Source: Camelus ferus (lineage: Eukaryota). From it: DNA of 64,000 nucleotides. Positions 1 through 13,300 of this stretch are shown here, piece after piece; the stretch's first letter is position 1, and each line of letters starts with the position of its first letter. The translations under genes were made by a program, and so were the position numbers. The notes under the pieces were generated by a model that had not been told where the DNA came from, searched no databases, and saw only the letters and a list, made by a program, of their open reading frames with translations. The stretch spans positions 99,512,001-99,576,000 of the forward strand of contig NC_045697.1 of NCBI RefSeq assembly GCF_009834535.1, in the 5' to 3' direction.

Positions 1-272
1 CAAATAAAAGGTCAGAAGCTGGGGCCATGCTGCCTAACTCAGGGGCCTACCAGAAATTATCCACTGTCTCATCTATTGCGGGTGACTCACCGGTGAGCAG
101 ACTGTCCCACCCAGAAATACTTCTTTTTAAACTTCACAATACCTCTTTTCCTCAAATATTTGATGGAAATGGAAACATATGTGATTTTCTTTTTCCTATT
201 TACCAAGATAGCATGGCTAAATGAGAACTATAAAGCTAGTTTCAACTTTCTGAGACAAGACACAACACACTT

Positions 273-300
273 ACACACACACACTCACACACACACACAC
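273..300. repeat. Interrupted (CA)n microsatellite
   Basis: acacacacacactcacacacacacacac. Confidence 0.9.
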
Positions 301-3094
301 GTTATATTCATGGTTGCTTAGAATTTGAGGGTTTAAGTTCAAGTTCAAGGCACGTATAAATTTTTTTTTAAAGACACAAAACACTGAGAAAAGAGGAGAA
401 GAGGAGAGGAGAAGAAAAAGAAAGAGGGAAAAATAGGTGTGGTAACTGACAAAGAACAGATTTGAATAGATCCTCCTACATTCAAAGAGATTTAGTCCAA
501 CGTGAATAACTGAGTCTAACGCTAATTTGACGTAATACTTCAGGTGCTGTATTAGAATTCCACAAGAATGATTTCTTACCACTTCCTTCTAACAAGAATT
601 CAGTGAAGCTCTCTGGGAAAAAAGAGGGACTCAAACCTCTCACGTTGTGCACAACTGGTTCCCTAGCCCCCAAGCAAAGCTTCTTGACCATACAGTGTCT
701 CCTTGCCTTTTCTGAAGCCACTACATTATCACATTAGCTCAAGGGAGAAGCAGAAAGGCAGTTAATTATGGGGACAGAGAGAGCAGCACAACATCCAGAA
801 AGCAGTTTTTTTCTTTTAATAGTCCACTTTCCTCTTATTAATAAAAAGTAAAAACTCTGATTTCTTCAGAATCACCTAGAGCTTTTAACGGAAATCTTTT
901 CTTCAACTAGGCTAGCTTTTCTCTAGCTGATCCTATAAACACTGCTGGCAATTTTTCCCCCAATGCCTCTAACATATTTTCACTTAGCACCAGTTTGATG
1001 TATAAGATCTGACAGCCCGGCAGTTATAGGCCACCTGCATCACTGTCGCCATGACAACAGTGAAAGACAATCCATGATCCCATGCCCTGGTCACACGTTT
1101 CAATACAGCTTATCTGTCCAAAGCCACTGAGTCTAATGGAAGAGAGTAATTACCATCTTCCACTCATTGTCAAAATTCCCACCATATAATGCTCTTCAAA
1201 ATTATTATATTCCTCTCACATGGCTGCTTTGCAAAAACTAAAAGAAACCTTAAGTGGAAAGGGTGGGGCGGGAGAAAGAGGAGGCTGTGACTGGTGTAAA
1301 CGTAGCTGACTGTGTGTGAACTGTCCCTCTGCCGTGGAAGAAGGCACCAGCCAGCAAGAGGAATACACAAACGTGGAGTTCACTGAGTATCACCTGAAGA
1401 GTTTTTAAAATATGAGCAAGGAAATTAGTAAAATTTCCCAATTCTAGCCTATTCTAAAGGCATCTCATTACTACCACTGCAAACCTTGCACAGGTATCAC
1501 GACTCCCCTACCACAGAATGTGGCAGTCACGGTGACACAGAACAGTATGACAGCTCACAAGAGTGGCGCCAAGGAAGAAGCAGAGGTCTTCAGAATGGAC
1601 ACTTCTCCCACAGTCACCTGTCCCAGTACTCTTCACCCCCTCTCCTTCACACTCTAAGCATAACAAATGAATACTCGACTGTCCAATTTTTAGATTTTGC
1701 ACTGCACCTTCTCAGTGGTGAGTACAACACTGTGTTTGAGAAAAGTCTCAATCTTCCAGTATGAAAAAGTGCAGTAAACACTTTTGTGGAAAAGTCCTGT
1801 GAGAAAAGCACTGACAGGAAAGAGTAATTCAATTTAAAGACAAAGTTAAAAGTCACATGGACTTTAAAAGCAAACTACCAAGAGCAAAAAATGGATGAAA
1901 GGACACAGGGAAAGATAATCCTCAGGTGCAGGTGCTCAACTTCTGGTGAGACTGCTCCACCCTTCCTTAACTTAAGTCATCTTCACCGAAATAAAGTCAT
2001 GCCCATCAACGACTCACCAGCTACCAACATAGTTATGTGAAATGCTACCAAGCTTCATGACTAACAGAAAACACCTCCGTTAAGACAAAATAAGCAAGTG
2101 CGTATGATGGAACAAATACCAATCCACAAAAGGACGAAAGTGATATAATTTTAAAGTATGAAACAATTAATTCTTAGATTTAGTATTCGTACACTTGTCA
2201 GAATGATTTTAAAATGTTTTATTTAGGCTAAAGCCTAAAGACTACAGCCATAAAACATTTAACCAGCTGTCAAAACGCAGTTGTGAACCAACATTACCTG
2301 CACTACGTGTTGAACATGGCATTATGTACATTATACAACAAACATGGAGAGCCGGAGTAGCTAGAGGCCTCTGTAACGCAGCCACTTTAGTTATTTGGTG
2401 GTTGGTGGACAAGCCTTTTTATGTCCCTTGCTCATCCTTTGGCCACAATGCTGTTCATTAACAGTCCTTGTTGGAGGCCAGAAAAAGATGGTCCGAGATG
2501 AAACTGAGCCTGAGCCTCCTAATGGAAAACTTCAATAGTTTGTGTAATCTCCCACAGGACACCACAGACATAGATGCTAACAAACACAGGGGTGTTGAGT
2601 AAATCTAGTCAAAATAGCTAACCCGTGACCAGAACATTCCAATCCATTCAGCCAACTTTAAACACTTGGATGGAACGTTTGTACATAATCATTTGTGGAC
2701 TTCCCTTTGTCATCCTAGCTTTGTCCCTTCCCCCGATGGTGGAATTTGAAAACCATCATTTAGATAACAAGAGCTAGATCAATATAAAGGTCTTGATAGA
2801 GTAGAGCCTGTAAACTCAAGTTGCCATCGGCAAAGAATTTCCTGTCTGTTGGCCCCCACTGTGGGAAAAGATCCAACTTGTAACAGTCTTTTCTAATGTC
2901 TTTTGTAATCTTCATTTAAAGGACCTTCCCTACTACACCACCTCACTTGAAGAGTGAACTCTGAAAACTGGCTCGGAAACCTCCTTCTGAGGAGGCCAGC
3001 AGCACCCACAACCAACGTGAAGAGTGGAAGTATCTGCTCTCCCTTTTCCAGCCTGGCCAGTCCCGTGGTCCCAGCGCCCACCCTGCCTTCCCCA

Positions 3095-3790
3095 GCAGTT
3101 CTTTGTCTTCTTGATCTTGACACTGTTGAAGATTACAGACCCATTCTTTTATAGAATGACTGTCAGTTTGGGTATGTCTGATGTTTCCTCATGATTAGTT
3201 TCAGGTAGTTCTTTTTTAGAATAACACAGTGTGTCCTAGGTGCATCCTACCAAGAAGCACATGATGTCGGTTTGTATCTATATTGGAGATATTAACTTGG
3301 ATCATTTGGTTCAAGTGATAGCCCCTAGATTTCTCTACAATGAAGTGACCATATTTGCCTTTGTAATTAATGAGCAATTTGTTGGGAGATACTACTCTGA
3401 GACTATGTAAATATCCTGTTCCTCACCAAACTTTCACCTACCAGTCTTACTATACATCTGTGATTTTGCAACTCTGTTCTTCCTTTTGTATTTATTAGTT
3501 GGCCTTCTAAGTAAGTGAATTTCTCTCTCTCTCCCCACTCATTTATTTATTCAATTTCTGTATCAGTATGGACTTACGGGTTTTTATTGTATTCAATTCG
3601 TTATAACCCATTACCATTTTTTTTTTTTTTGACATTCAACTTCTCCCAATTTGGCCAATGGGAGTGCATCAAGAAGGCTCTCGTATTTTTTTATACTTTG
3701 ACCATTCCCAGTTCTTTCTGGCTCAAAAGGATGTTCTAGGTCCTACCCCAGTCTCCCCTAGCCCAGAAAGCAGCCTTTTCTCCAAGTCAT
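3095..3790 (-). mobile_element. Old L1 3' region (L1MC4/L1MC5-like)
   Basis: tttgggtatgtctgatgtttcctcatgattag...tttgtaattaatgagcaatttgttgggagatact...gagactatgtaaatatcctgttcctcaccaaactttcacc resembles the recalled L1MC 3' consensus in reverse. Confidence 0.7.
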
Positions 3791-5022
3791 GCTCCATATT
3801 TTGAAAGGTAATGTGTTGACTTGATGGTTTCCAAGGCTATGATGCAAATACATTAAAAGGATCAATGTAAAAATCAGTGTTAGTCTGTTCAATATAGAAT
3901 AGAAACATCTCTGGTCAATCTAGAGAAAGCAGCCTAGTGCACCTTTTTCAGGTGGTCACTCCCAGTGACACCAGAACTGGCTTGGCACCTGGCTACACAG
4001 AGCTGGGCTGTAAATGCCATGGGGCAGCTGTATGTCAGAGAGGAGAAGAGAATGCAGGGATTAGGGTTCCACAGCAACAGTGCAGGACAGCGGAGACAAG
4101 GCACAGCATGGCAGCCAGTCTGCCCTGGGCAGGGCCAAACTCAGCAAAGATTCTTTGCCGGACCAGGAGAGCCTACCCAGGGAACCTACAGGGAAGAGAC
4201 CCTTCCCTTCTTGTGTCAGTGCCAAATCACTTAGCATATTTCATGCGCTCAGAAAATAGCTTCTGGTTCCATTTTACATACAATTTCTTAGTAATCTCTG
4301 ACTGATCTGTGAGGGGGAAGATACTGTTACCTGTTCTTTTCAGAAAGAAAAAATAAAGCAGAGAACCTTCTGTAAGATGCGCAGAAGCAAGAGCAGTTTC
4401 AGGTTTGGGGAGCCTGCTGCCTATAATATTTAACTCTTCTGCCTATATGAAAATTTCTAGGGCCCCTCCCAGAACTTTGTAAAGGGCTGTGCAAGGGAGG
4501 GGACCTGAGACTTAAGCTTCATTTATTTCATGGTAAAAATCCACCCCTGCACAGAAGAAATTCCAACTTCTCTCTGCAGACCCTATGGTCCAGTAGTAGG
4601 ACAATAATTCTTCAACAAGGCCCGTCTCCACTGGTCTGAGAGAGTCAGAGCCTCCAGGTTCTACTCCAGGAAACAGTACCGATGACACATCTAACCAGAT
4701 GAGTTTCAAACCCCACCAGTATCTTTCAACGCAAAGTCGGAAAGTGACCAGAACTCCCACGTAAGCATGCGATCAACTTGTTTGGCAGAGAAGTGGAGAA
4801 TCTTGCTGGCTGTTTTGTTAGCCAACTTCATCTGTACACACATGCCAATCTGTCTACCCAAGTGAAGTAACACCACAGCGAGGCACCTAGACCCCCTCGA
4901 TCAAACTCAGGTGACGAATCCCATCCAGAGTCATAGGTGCAGCTTGAAGCTGAACCTGGAAATTCAGGCTAACAGATCTAAGTGATGCTGCTCTTCAGGC
5001 TGTGGGGAGAACTCACATTTTA

Positions 5023-5352
5023 TTTTATTTATTTATTTTTAATATGTATTTTTATTGAAGTATAGTCAGTTTACAATGCTGTGTCAATTTCTGGTGTACA
5101 GCACAATGCTTCAGTCATATAGGAACATACATATATTCGTCTTCATATTCTTTTTCACCATAAGTTACTACAAGATACTGAATATAGTTCCCTGTGCTAC
5201 ACAGTATAAACTTGTTGTTTATCTATTTTATGAATATTAGTTAGTATCTGCAAATCTCAAACTCCCAATTTATCCCTTTCCACCCCTCCCCATCCCCAGT
5301 AACTGTAAGTTTGTTTTCTATGTCTGTGAGTCTGTTTCTGTTTTGTAAATAA
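5023..5352 (-). mobile_element. Young 5'-truncated L1 3' end (artiodactyl/camelid type) with 15-bp TSD
   Basis: T-rich tail followed by tttattgaagtatagtcagtttacaatgctgtgtcaatttctggtgtacagc, a typical L1 3' UTR in reverse. Perfect TSD AGAACTCACATTTTA at 5008-5022 and 5353-5367. Confidence 0.92.
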
Positions 5353-5509
5353 AGAACTCACATTTTAGATATGACTTTCACGTTCTTGTATCAGCCTCAT
5401 CCTCCACTGTACCCACGCCGTGTCACCTGGTGCTTCATTCCCTGAGCCTGTGACCATTGGCTGAATTCATTCTCACTAGCTCCATTCTATTGATTGTGCT
5501 GCTTTCTAT

Positions 5510-5830
5510 GCGTGTAAAGGCATTTCCATCCTCTCTGCCTAGAAAAACCCTACTCATCCCTCAAGGCCCAGATCAGAGCCCAGCTCCCTGCACACTCTTT
5601 CCTGGTATGCTCTTAACCTGCTCCCCTTGGCCTACAAAAGTAGAATTAAATCATTCCAGCCTTTGTGTTCCTCTAATAGTTTTTTTTTTATAAGTCTATT
5701 AGAGCCCTTATCACAATATACTGGGGAATGACATGTAAAAATTTTACCAGCTACATTAATACAAAACCCATACCCATGTTCTCCTTTGCATTTCCAGCAA
5801 TCTCTAGTGTACCTGGTACAGTGGAGCTTT
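5510..5830 (+). mobile_element. Degenerate L2 3' fragment
   Basis: ctctgcctagaaaaaccctactcatccctcaaggcccagatca...ctttgcatttccagca...acctggtacagtgg. Confidence 0.45.
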
Positions 5831-6104
5831 TAAAAAAAAAAGTTTACTGACTTAAAGACTGTTGCCAAAACTGCAAGTGTTCTTTTTCCTCTCACTTAAA
5901 TAGAGGCTTATTTTAATTAAAATAAAACTACAATATTATTGGGTTTTATAATCATGTAGCTGTATATAGCTGTATATAATTGCAATGAAATCAAACTGCT
6001 GTTTTTAGGTAACTCCTTCCCTTGAAACTCTTCTTAGCTACCTTTGACAAAATACCAGTGTGTTTCTACACTATAAGTTTTGTGTCTGTATGTGTCTTTT
6101 CCCC

Positions 6105-6790
6105 TTTTTTAAACTTTTTATGATCCAAAATTTCAAACACACAAAAGCAGTCAGAATAATGTAATGAATCCCCACTGCCCAGCTTCAACCCTTGGCCTAT
6201 CCTGTTTCATCTATACCTCATACCCAATGCTATGGTCTGAATGTTCGTGTCCACCCTAAAATACATATTTGGAAGTTCTAAACCCCTGAAGTGATGGTAT
6301 TAGTAGGTGGGGCCTTTGGGAGATGCTTAAATCAGGTGGGTGGGCCCTCATGAATGTGATTAGTGCCCTTATCAAAGAGGCTCCAGAGAGATCCCCAACC
6401 CTTTCTGCCACATGAGGATGCAACAAGAAGTCTGCAGCCCAGGAGACGCCCCTCACCAGACAATGGGGGCACCCTGGTTTCAGACCTCCAGAGTCCAAAA
6501 CTTTGAACAGTAATACATTTCTGCTGTTTTTAAGCCACCTAGTCTTTGGCACTTTGTTATAGCAGGCCAGTCAGACTACGATATCCATTTTCCCTTCTAT
6601 ATATATTAAAGCAAATCCAAATCGTCATATCATATCTGTAAATATTTCAGAATGTACCTTTACATGTCATTGTCTCTTTTTTCCAAAAACCAAACCATCA
6701 TACCAGTATCACATCTAAAAAGTACTTAATAATAATTCCTACGTATCATCAAATATCCAGTTAGTGTTAAAATTTCCAATTATCTCAATT
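6105..6790 (-). mobile_element. Old L1MC-like 3' end, split by the MLT1A-like LTR at 6228-6583
   Basis: aaaatttcaaacacacaaaagcag...aatgaatcccc...cctgtttcatctatacc before the LTR; aaagcaaatccaaatcgtcatatcatatctgtaaatatttcag after it. Confidence 0.65.
6228..6583 (+). mobile_element. ERVL-MaLR solo LTR (MLT1A/MLT1A0-like)
   Basis: Starts tgctatggtctgaatgttcgtgtcc; contains gatggtattagtaggtggggcctttgggag and gccctcatgaatgtgattagtgcccttat; ends ttaagccacctagtctttggcactttgttatagcag...gactacgata. Confidence 0.88.
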
Positions 6791-9555
6791 TTTTTGCACT
6801 AGATTTTGAACAGGGAAAACATAACTGTTACTTCGCACAACTCATAAACAAACTGTCCTATTAAAATAAAAAGCCTCCAAATTATATCCTATAGAGCCAT
6901 ACATTCCATAGGACAAGACTCATGAAGCCTTACTTCATTGCAATGCACTAATTATGCTGCTGAAATTTTGTTAAACATTTGTCCTATATAGATATGTAAA
7001 ATAATTTGTTTTCAGTTCATTACCTTTCTACCCAAAGCTTTTATTCCACAAAGATTTCCACATGACTTAGCACTACTTTTGAGTTATTCATAGCCCATAA
7101 AAATACATTTTATTATTAAGTCTTAAAGTACAAGTTTTTCCTCTTCCTGGAACTCAGGTGTTCACTCTTAATTAACATTGTGCCTTCACTCTAAATTTTC
7201 ACTTTTAAAATAAAACTATGGCTAGAAAAGAAATGCCCTCGATGAACAACTCGCAAGTAAAGTTTGCAAATCTATAAACTATCTCTTGTCATTTTTACTT
7301 GGGCATGTACATTAACACAAAAATGTTTACAACCACAGTAACACAAGTCAGTGAGCACAAAAGACCAACACCAGTAAAAACATGGGAAGTAACCAGTCTC
7401 CTCAGGCAGAACCTAGGACTACAGGGATATTCAGAAGCAAGTGGGAGATTTAAGAACAGTTTCCTAAATTCATTTCTTGATGACCCTGGACACACAGTAT
7501 CTATTCTTTGATTTGGAATTGGAAATATGCATAAAGAGCACAAAGTAAGTACATTCAATTTATGCCACTGAAATGAAAAACTGAATACAAATAACCAAAC
7601 ATTTATATATGAACAACCTACCATTAGAGGAATACTAAGGTGGAGACTTTGAGAAATTAAGATTCTTTTTGATAATGCAAAAATCATCCTTTTAAAATTA
7701 AGGTTTTAATCTAGAAGGCTTCCCACCAAGTATACAGAGTCACTACAAATGTAGATGTCAACTTAAACATAGAAAACATTTATTAATGCACGCTAACTGA
7801 AGGTAAGGTGATACAGACTAATAAAGAGTTAGGAATTCGCAACAGACACAACTGCACACACTACACATATATACTAAATACATGTCCTTTAAGATTCTCA
7901 TTTTGGTGATTTTATTTGTAATTATTATATTGTTTCCTCTATTTAAAAAAGAAGATGATTAAACATAAAAGCAGTTTATTTTATTTAATGGGTTAAATAT
8001 CCTCCCCTATCTCTGTTTTACTTTCTCAGTTACTTTGTTCACTGACACTCTCACGTATATGGTAAAACGCCATATAACAACGACCACAAATTCTGAACAT
8101 CTGGGTTCTAATTGATCAAGTCATACTTTTTTTCATGTATTCCAAACAACTGCATCCTATATCCAGGGTCCCCAGAGAATCGGCCCTTTTGTACTTTAAA
8201 GATTCAGGGAGCTCCTTACGCATCGCTGGCCCTTAAGTGTTACTCATGTGTCTCCTGGAGAAGACACTGACACCCGGAACATGGTGCTGGCATGCTCAGA
8301 AAGCAACAGGGAGTCTATTCTACTTGAGTACAAGGACAGGGGAGGCTGACAAAGAAACTCAAAAGAAAACACAAGTCACATGGAGCCAGCTGCCTTTTGG
8401 ATGCCTTGAAGGATTTGATTCCTTTAGAAAGTCAGGTTAGAAACTGCCGTTCTAACCTCAGACGCCAGCCCCTGGTTCCAAGTTGCCATTCCCTCCATCC
8501 TCCACAGCTTTGGCCACTTCCAGACGAAATCATGAGAGCTGGTTACTACCCATCAGGGCAGGAAGTGAATCATGCTTTACTCAACTGAAACTGCAGCAGG
8601 TTTTCAGGAAGCTAAACACAGCCAACCAAATTGAATCAGTAGCACTTATCTTGTAAAGCAGTGTCATGGGATTGTTATTGATGACAAAGGATTAGCACTT
8701 CAGATTTACATCTCCCCAGACAGAGGAGACTTTTAAAAAGCACAAGGCACTTCACCCAGATACAGAACAAGCTCCTGAGACCACGTCTGTCTGCAGTACC
8801 AGCTCTGAGTGCTCTCGCTAATACCCCAGGCACCTCACCTCCTGGTGGAATCTCCACTCGCACAATAGGCCTACCTACTGCCAGACTGATCGTCTTTCCC
8901 CTTCCTCAGCAGCATGAAAAAGTTCTACTTGTTTTTTTTTTCTCAAAATGCAGGTTTATTTGTCTTCTGTTTTATCTCTAGTGTGATCTGTGGTGATGTT
9001 TAGGGTCTTAGTATAAGTAAAATCCTCATTACAGAGGAGGCCATTATCTTATATCTTTTTTACTATAATCCCAAAGTAAATGTTTGGGGTTCTTAATTAT
9101 ATTGATCCAAATACTTCCCTCATATTTTCTTATTCACTCATTATTTGCTTCTCAAGTAAGATTTTTAAAAAGTGTTTCCAATAAAGGGAATGTCTACATT
9201 TATACTTTTATTTAGGGCTGCTGACCACATAAAACTCAAATCTCCAAAAATAAACTTGAATGTAATTTTATGTTTTCAAGCATATCCTAAAAATAAAAGT
9301 TAAAAAGTGTGATTTATGTAATATTTATTTCCTTCAGAAAATATTCAAATGATCCATCAGTGACAAAGCAAGTGCTGCAAATCAGAAATCCTTTGTAAAA
9401 TACAAATTTTTTTAAATCATGAAACACATTAAAATAATAGAATATATTAATAATTATAATATAATAAACATATTAAAATAATAAGAGAATAGAGAAACTG
9501 TTCTAATCTGACACTACCTTCCCAAGTTCACTAAATATACATTTAAAAGTTTCTA

Positions 9556-9731
9556 GGGGGAAGATACAGCTCAAGTGGTAGAGCACATGCTTAGCATGCA
9601 CAAGGTCCTAGGTTCAATCCCCAGTACCTCCTCTAAAAATATATAAATAAGCCTAATTACCACCTCCCCAAGAAAAAGTGAAAAAAAAAAGAAAAAGAAA
9701 AAAAAAAGTGAGTTCCTTCCTAGGGGGAAAA
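9556..9731 (+). mobile_element. Young tRNA-derived SINE (resembles camelid SINE) with 11-bp TSD
   Basis: GGGGGAAGATACAGCTCAAGTGGTAGAGC (A-box), GGTTCAATCCC (B-box, 9611-9621), A-rich tail. TSD AAAAGTTTCTA at 9545-9555 and 9732-9742, at a TTT/AAAA L1 endonuclease site. Confidence 0.92.
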
Positions 9732-10170
9732 AAAAGTTTCTAAAAAATAGCTATATCCTTAATGAAGTTATAAAAGCCTGGGATTATTCAAGGAGGAAAA
9801 TACATTCTCTGAGTATATCAGACAATATGAGGTCAACAGTTCAGATTAAAAGGGTAATTTTTTCTAGGAACTCTCTGAGCATTTTGTGTGTAAATGTTTT
9901 TTAAGGCTTCTCTCAGATCATCATACCCAGTAATATATGCAAATATACAAAGAAGTTCAACCCTAAAAGAACACACTATATTCATTTTTAAATGATCTAG
10001 AATGAGAAACATGACATCCACAGCAGGGGTGTCTTCAGCATCTATAGCCAGACGTTTGCCACAAAAGATTTTCTCTCCGATATCATCTACAACCCATAAG
10101 GCAAAATAAATAAGGGTTTTTCCTGTGGAAAAAGAGAAAAACCTGTGCTCAGTCTTTCAAAAAAATAATA

Positions 10171-10392
10171 GTCATGAGCACAGACTATGGAAGCTGACTG
10201 ACTGAGTTCAAACCACAGCTTGAACCAGTTACTAGTTGTATGACCCTGGCCACGTCACTTAGCCTCTTTTGCATCTCAGTTCTTCATCTGTACCCCTACT
10301 TCATTGGTTGCTTTAAGATTAAATGAGCTAATAAGCATAAAATGCTTAGTACAGGGCCTGATATATAGTAAGCACCATATACGTATTAGCTA
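10171..10392 (+). mobile_element. MIR SINE
   Basis: gagttcaaacc...ttactagttgtatgaccctggccacgtcacttagcctc...ctcagttcttcatctgta...gattaaatgagctaata...aaaatgcttagtacagggcctgatatatagtaagcac. Confidence 0.85.
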
Positions 10393-13300
10393 AAAACAAT
10401 TATATATATACATACTATGTTAAGGATCTGGTAGTAGAACCATAACCTTAACCTTGACAATCTCTACAAGGACTTCTATACCAGTATGAAAAAAAATGAG
10501 TTCCTAACAAGATAGAAGTCTATAACATCGCAAACATGTTGGACAGCCGTGAGTCCTTCCTCTGGTCAATATTTATATCCCAGCCCACTGGAACTGAACA
10601 AGCTATAGCAGGCGAAGAGGGTAGAACACTCTCTCCAGTTGCAAAAATATCATACCTGAGAGCCACTTCTGATCAAGTGATCCAGGTTGACCAGGTTCTC
10701 ACCCTCCTCTGGCCTCTGATGGCACAGGGGAAGGACACAGGGTCTTACGTTCTAAATGCTGTCATCCAAACCAACCAAATTATTTTTTGACAAGGGATTT
10801 GGAAATGTTTGTAGGCTTGTAGCTAGAGGACCGGTAGTTAGTAGCAGCTTCAGTTAAAGGCAGCTTCAATAGACATTCTGAAATCAAAGCCTGAATGACA
10901 GCATTTCCCATAGAATTCAAGGCAAAAGTTAGGGGTGGTGCTTTCAAAATTTACCCTGAGAAGGTCAACCTCAAGGTCTTGTCCTCTGCTCCAATCTCAT
11001 GTGATAGAAAAAGTAACTCAGTTTTCCATGAACTAACCCAATCTAGAGATCATTTAGAAAGATGTTACTGTAATAAACAATTTTTAATAGATACGCTTGT
11101 GATGGAAATGTGACCATTTGTCTACTCATTTCAGGTGACATGAAAGGAACCTAGATTCAGCCATTAAAGTCTTACAGAAATCAATTTAATTCAAATAATT
11201 TGATACCTTCCTGGATACACTTTCTCACCTTTCTTTCCTCACACCTCACAATCCATTTATGGGTATGAACTGGTGGCTCACTTAAGGTACAGCCATTACA
11301 GACTTCTTCTAGAGTTCCCTCTCAGGAGACTTTGGGCTACACAGTATTTATGCATTTCAAGAAGGGCACTCTTCTGTGGTCAAACGTCTCTAAATCTCAC
11401 CATTTAGTCAACTACTATTAGCTATTCCAGAGAGGCAAATTAATAATTATTGTGGACTTGAAAAAAAGACTACCAATCACAATTATGTTTGTCTTCTAAG
11501 GTTAAAAGCTAACCAAAGTTTGACGCCTACCATGTGAATCTAAGTGCCTCTCCTAATGAGTAAGGAGCAGTAGAAAATTACAGGTTACTACCGATACCTT
11601 ATACAAAAAGCTGCACTTCCACACTAGATGATGTCTTACAAAACTAGTTATTAACCAAAGACTAATTAACAAAACCTTTGGCTAAAGCGATATCATTCTT
11701 GTTTCTCTATTTCCTTATTGATAACAGGGAACTGGTGAATATGTCTAACATAGATTAATATTTTAAGGATATCTAATCCTCAGGCCTCATGCTTCCGCAT
11801 TAATCTTTTGCATTTTGTTGCATATAATCCTTTTCCCACAGTTCTAATTTTAGATATAGTTAGTCCACTCGAATTAATCTTTTCCAATATAAAGACTGGT
11901 CCCAGCTAAGATCTAATAGTTTCTCCTTAATCTTTTTTTTTTCCCTACACGGAGAAACATATGGATTATGTTATTAACTGTTCGTTTTACTCTCACTTTT
12001 TGTTTTGAAATTACTCACTGACATCTAGGGAAAAGGTGTCCTTCACCTCTTGTTCCCAGAGCTAAAGAATCACAGTAACATCTGGTTTACAACTCAACAG
12101 CATCCTTAGGAATGGGTTACACTGTGATCTTTAAATATTATTCATAAAAAAAAAAAAAAAAACACAGGGTGGTTTTAGGGAAAATGTAGTTTTAGTATCA
12201 AAGCAAATCTTTGGGGCTAAAAACTCTGAATCCAGACTAAGGGACAGACTTAACGGTAAGCTTTTAAAATAGTCTGCATTTTTCTAAGTTTACAGAAGAG
12301 CTATTTTACAGAAAATTCTGCCACTGGGTAGGCTACAGAGAGAAACATCAAAAGGCAAAGTCATTTTCACTTGGGCACATAAACTGTAATGAGCTCAGAC
12401 TCAATTTCTTGGCTTCTTACAGCTTTTGTTTGTTTTATTTTGCACAGTGGTCTCTGAAGGCAAGAAAGTGGTCTGTCTCTAGTTGGGCCGAAGAGGCTCA
12501 AATATTAGTGTCTCACTGGGACTTACCCTGGGCCCAGGTACAATTTAAAATGTTAAAGATTCCTTACGTTCACATAAATAATCCAACCTTTGACGCCTTA
12601 GAAACCTATCTTGGCCACTTTACAACCTATCGTGTTTTTTCCCTTGGTTCTAGTAGTAAGTAAGTTCCAACGTTCTTCTGAAATCAGTCAGAAAAATTCT
12701 TCCTCTGGCAATCATGACAAGTCCCCCATTTTGAAAGGGAAAAAGAGGTGACAGGCTAAGTAGACTCTGGAGGTGAAGGGAAAGCCTCTACTTCATTAGC
12801 CACTGATGTACTTGTATTGATGGAGACTCAATATGTCAAAGCAAAGAGTTTTACAGGTAGACTTATTTCATGAATTGCCTTTGTTCCCTCAAAGTGGCAT
12901 CTACTCAAGTTTTATAAACCAAAACAAAATTTAGAAAATATCATGGTATCTGTACTTAAAAGGCGCTGAGGCAAACAATTTATTTAAAGAAAAACACTTT
13001 GGTGACAGGAATAATCAACCTTGAATCCACTTAGTAAAATCATTTTGTGAAACTGAAAGTATCATCATTTCTTAAAATAAAGCACAGCGACATTTAACTA
13101 AATACTAAGTGAATATCTACAAGTACTTCAAGTGCTTAGAGTTTTGATTCTACTGATAAGGTCTAACCTTTCCTGAAATAACTTTTCTCGCTCGCTCATT
13201 CTTGAACATACTTTCATATTTTCTCTCTCTCAAGTGTAACTTTCATTCAGTGTTCTGTTTTCTGGTTCCTAAGTCTGATCAATTCAGAGGGGTCACTTAT

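Noticed and set aside
9556..9630. tRNA gene
   Set aside because: The tRNA-like head continues into a SINE body and A-tail flanked by a TSD, so it is a retroposed SINE.
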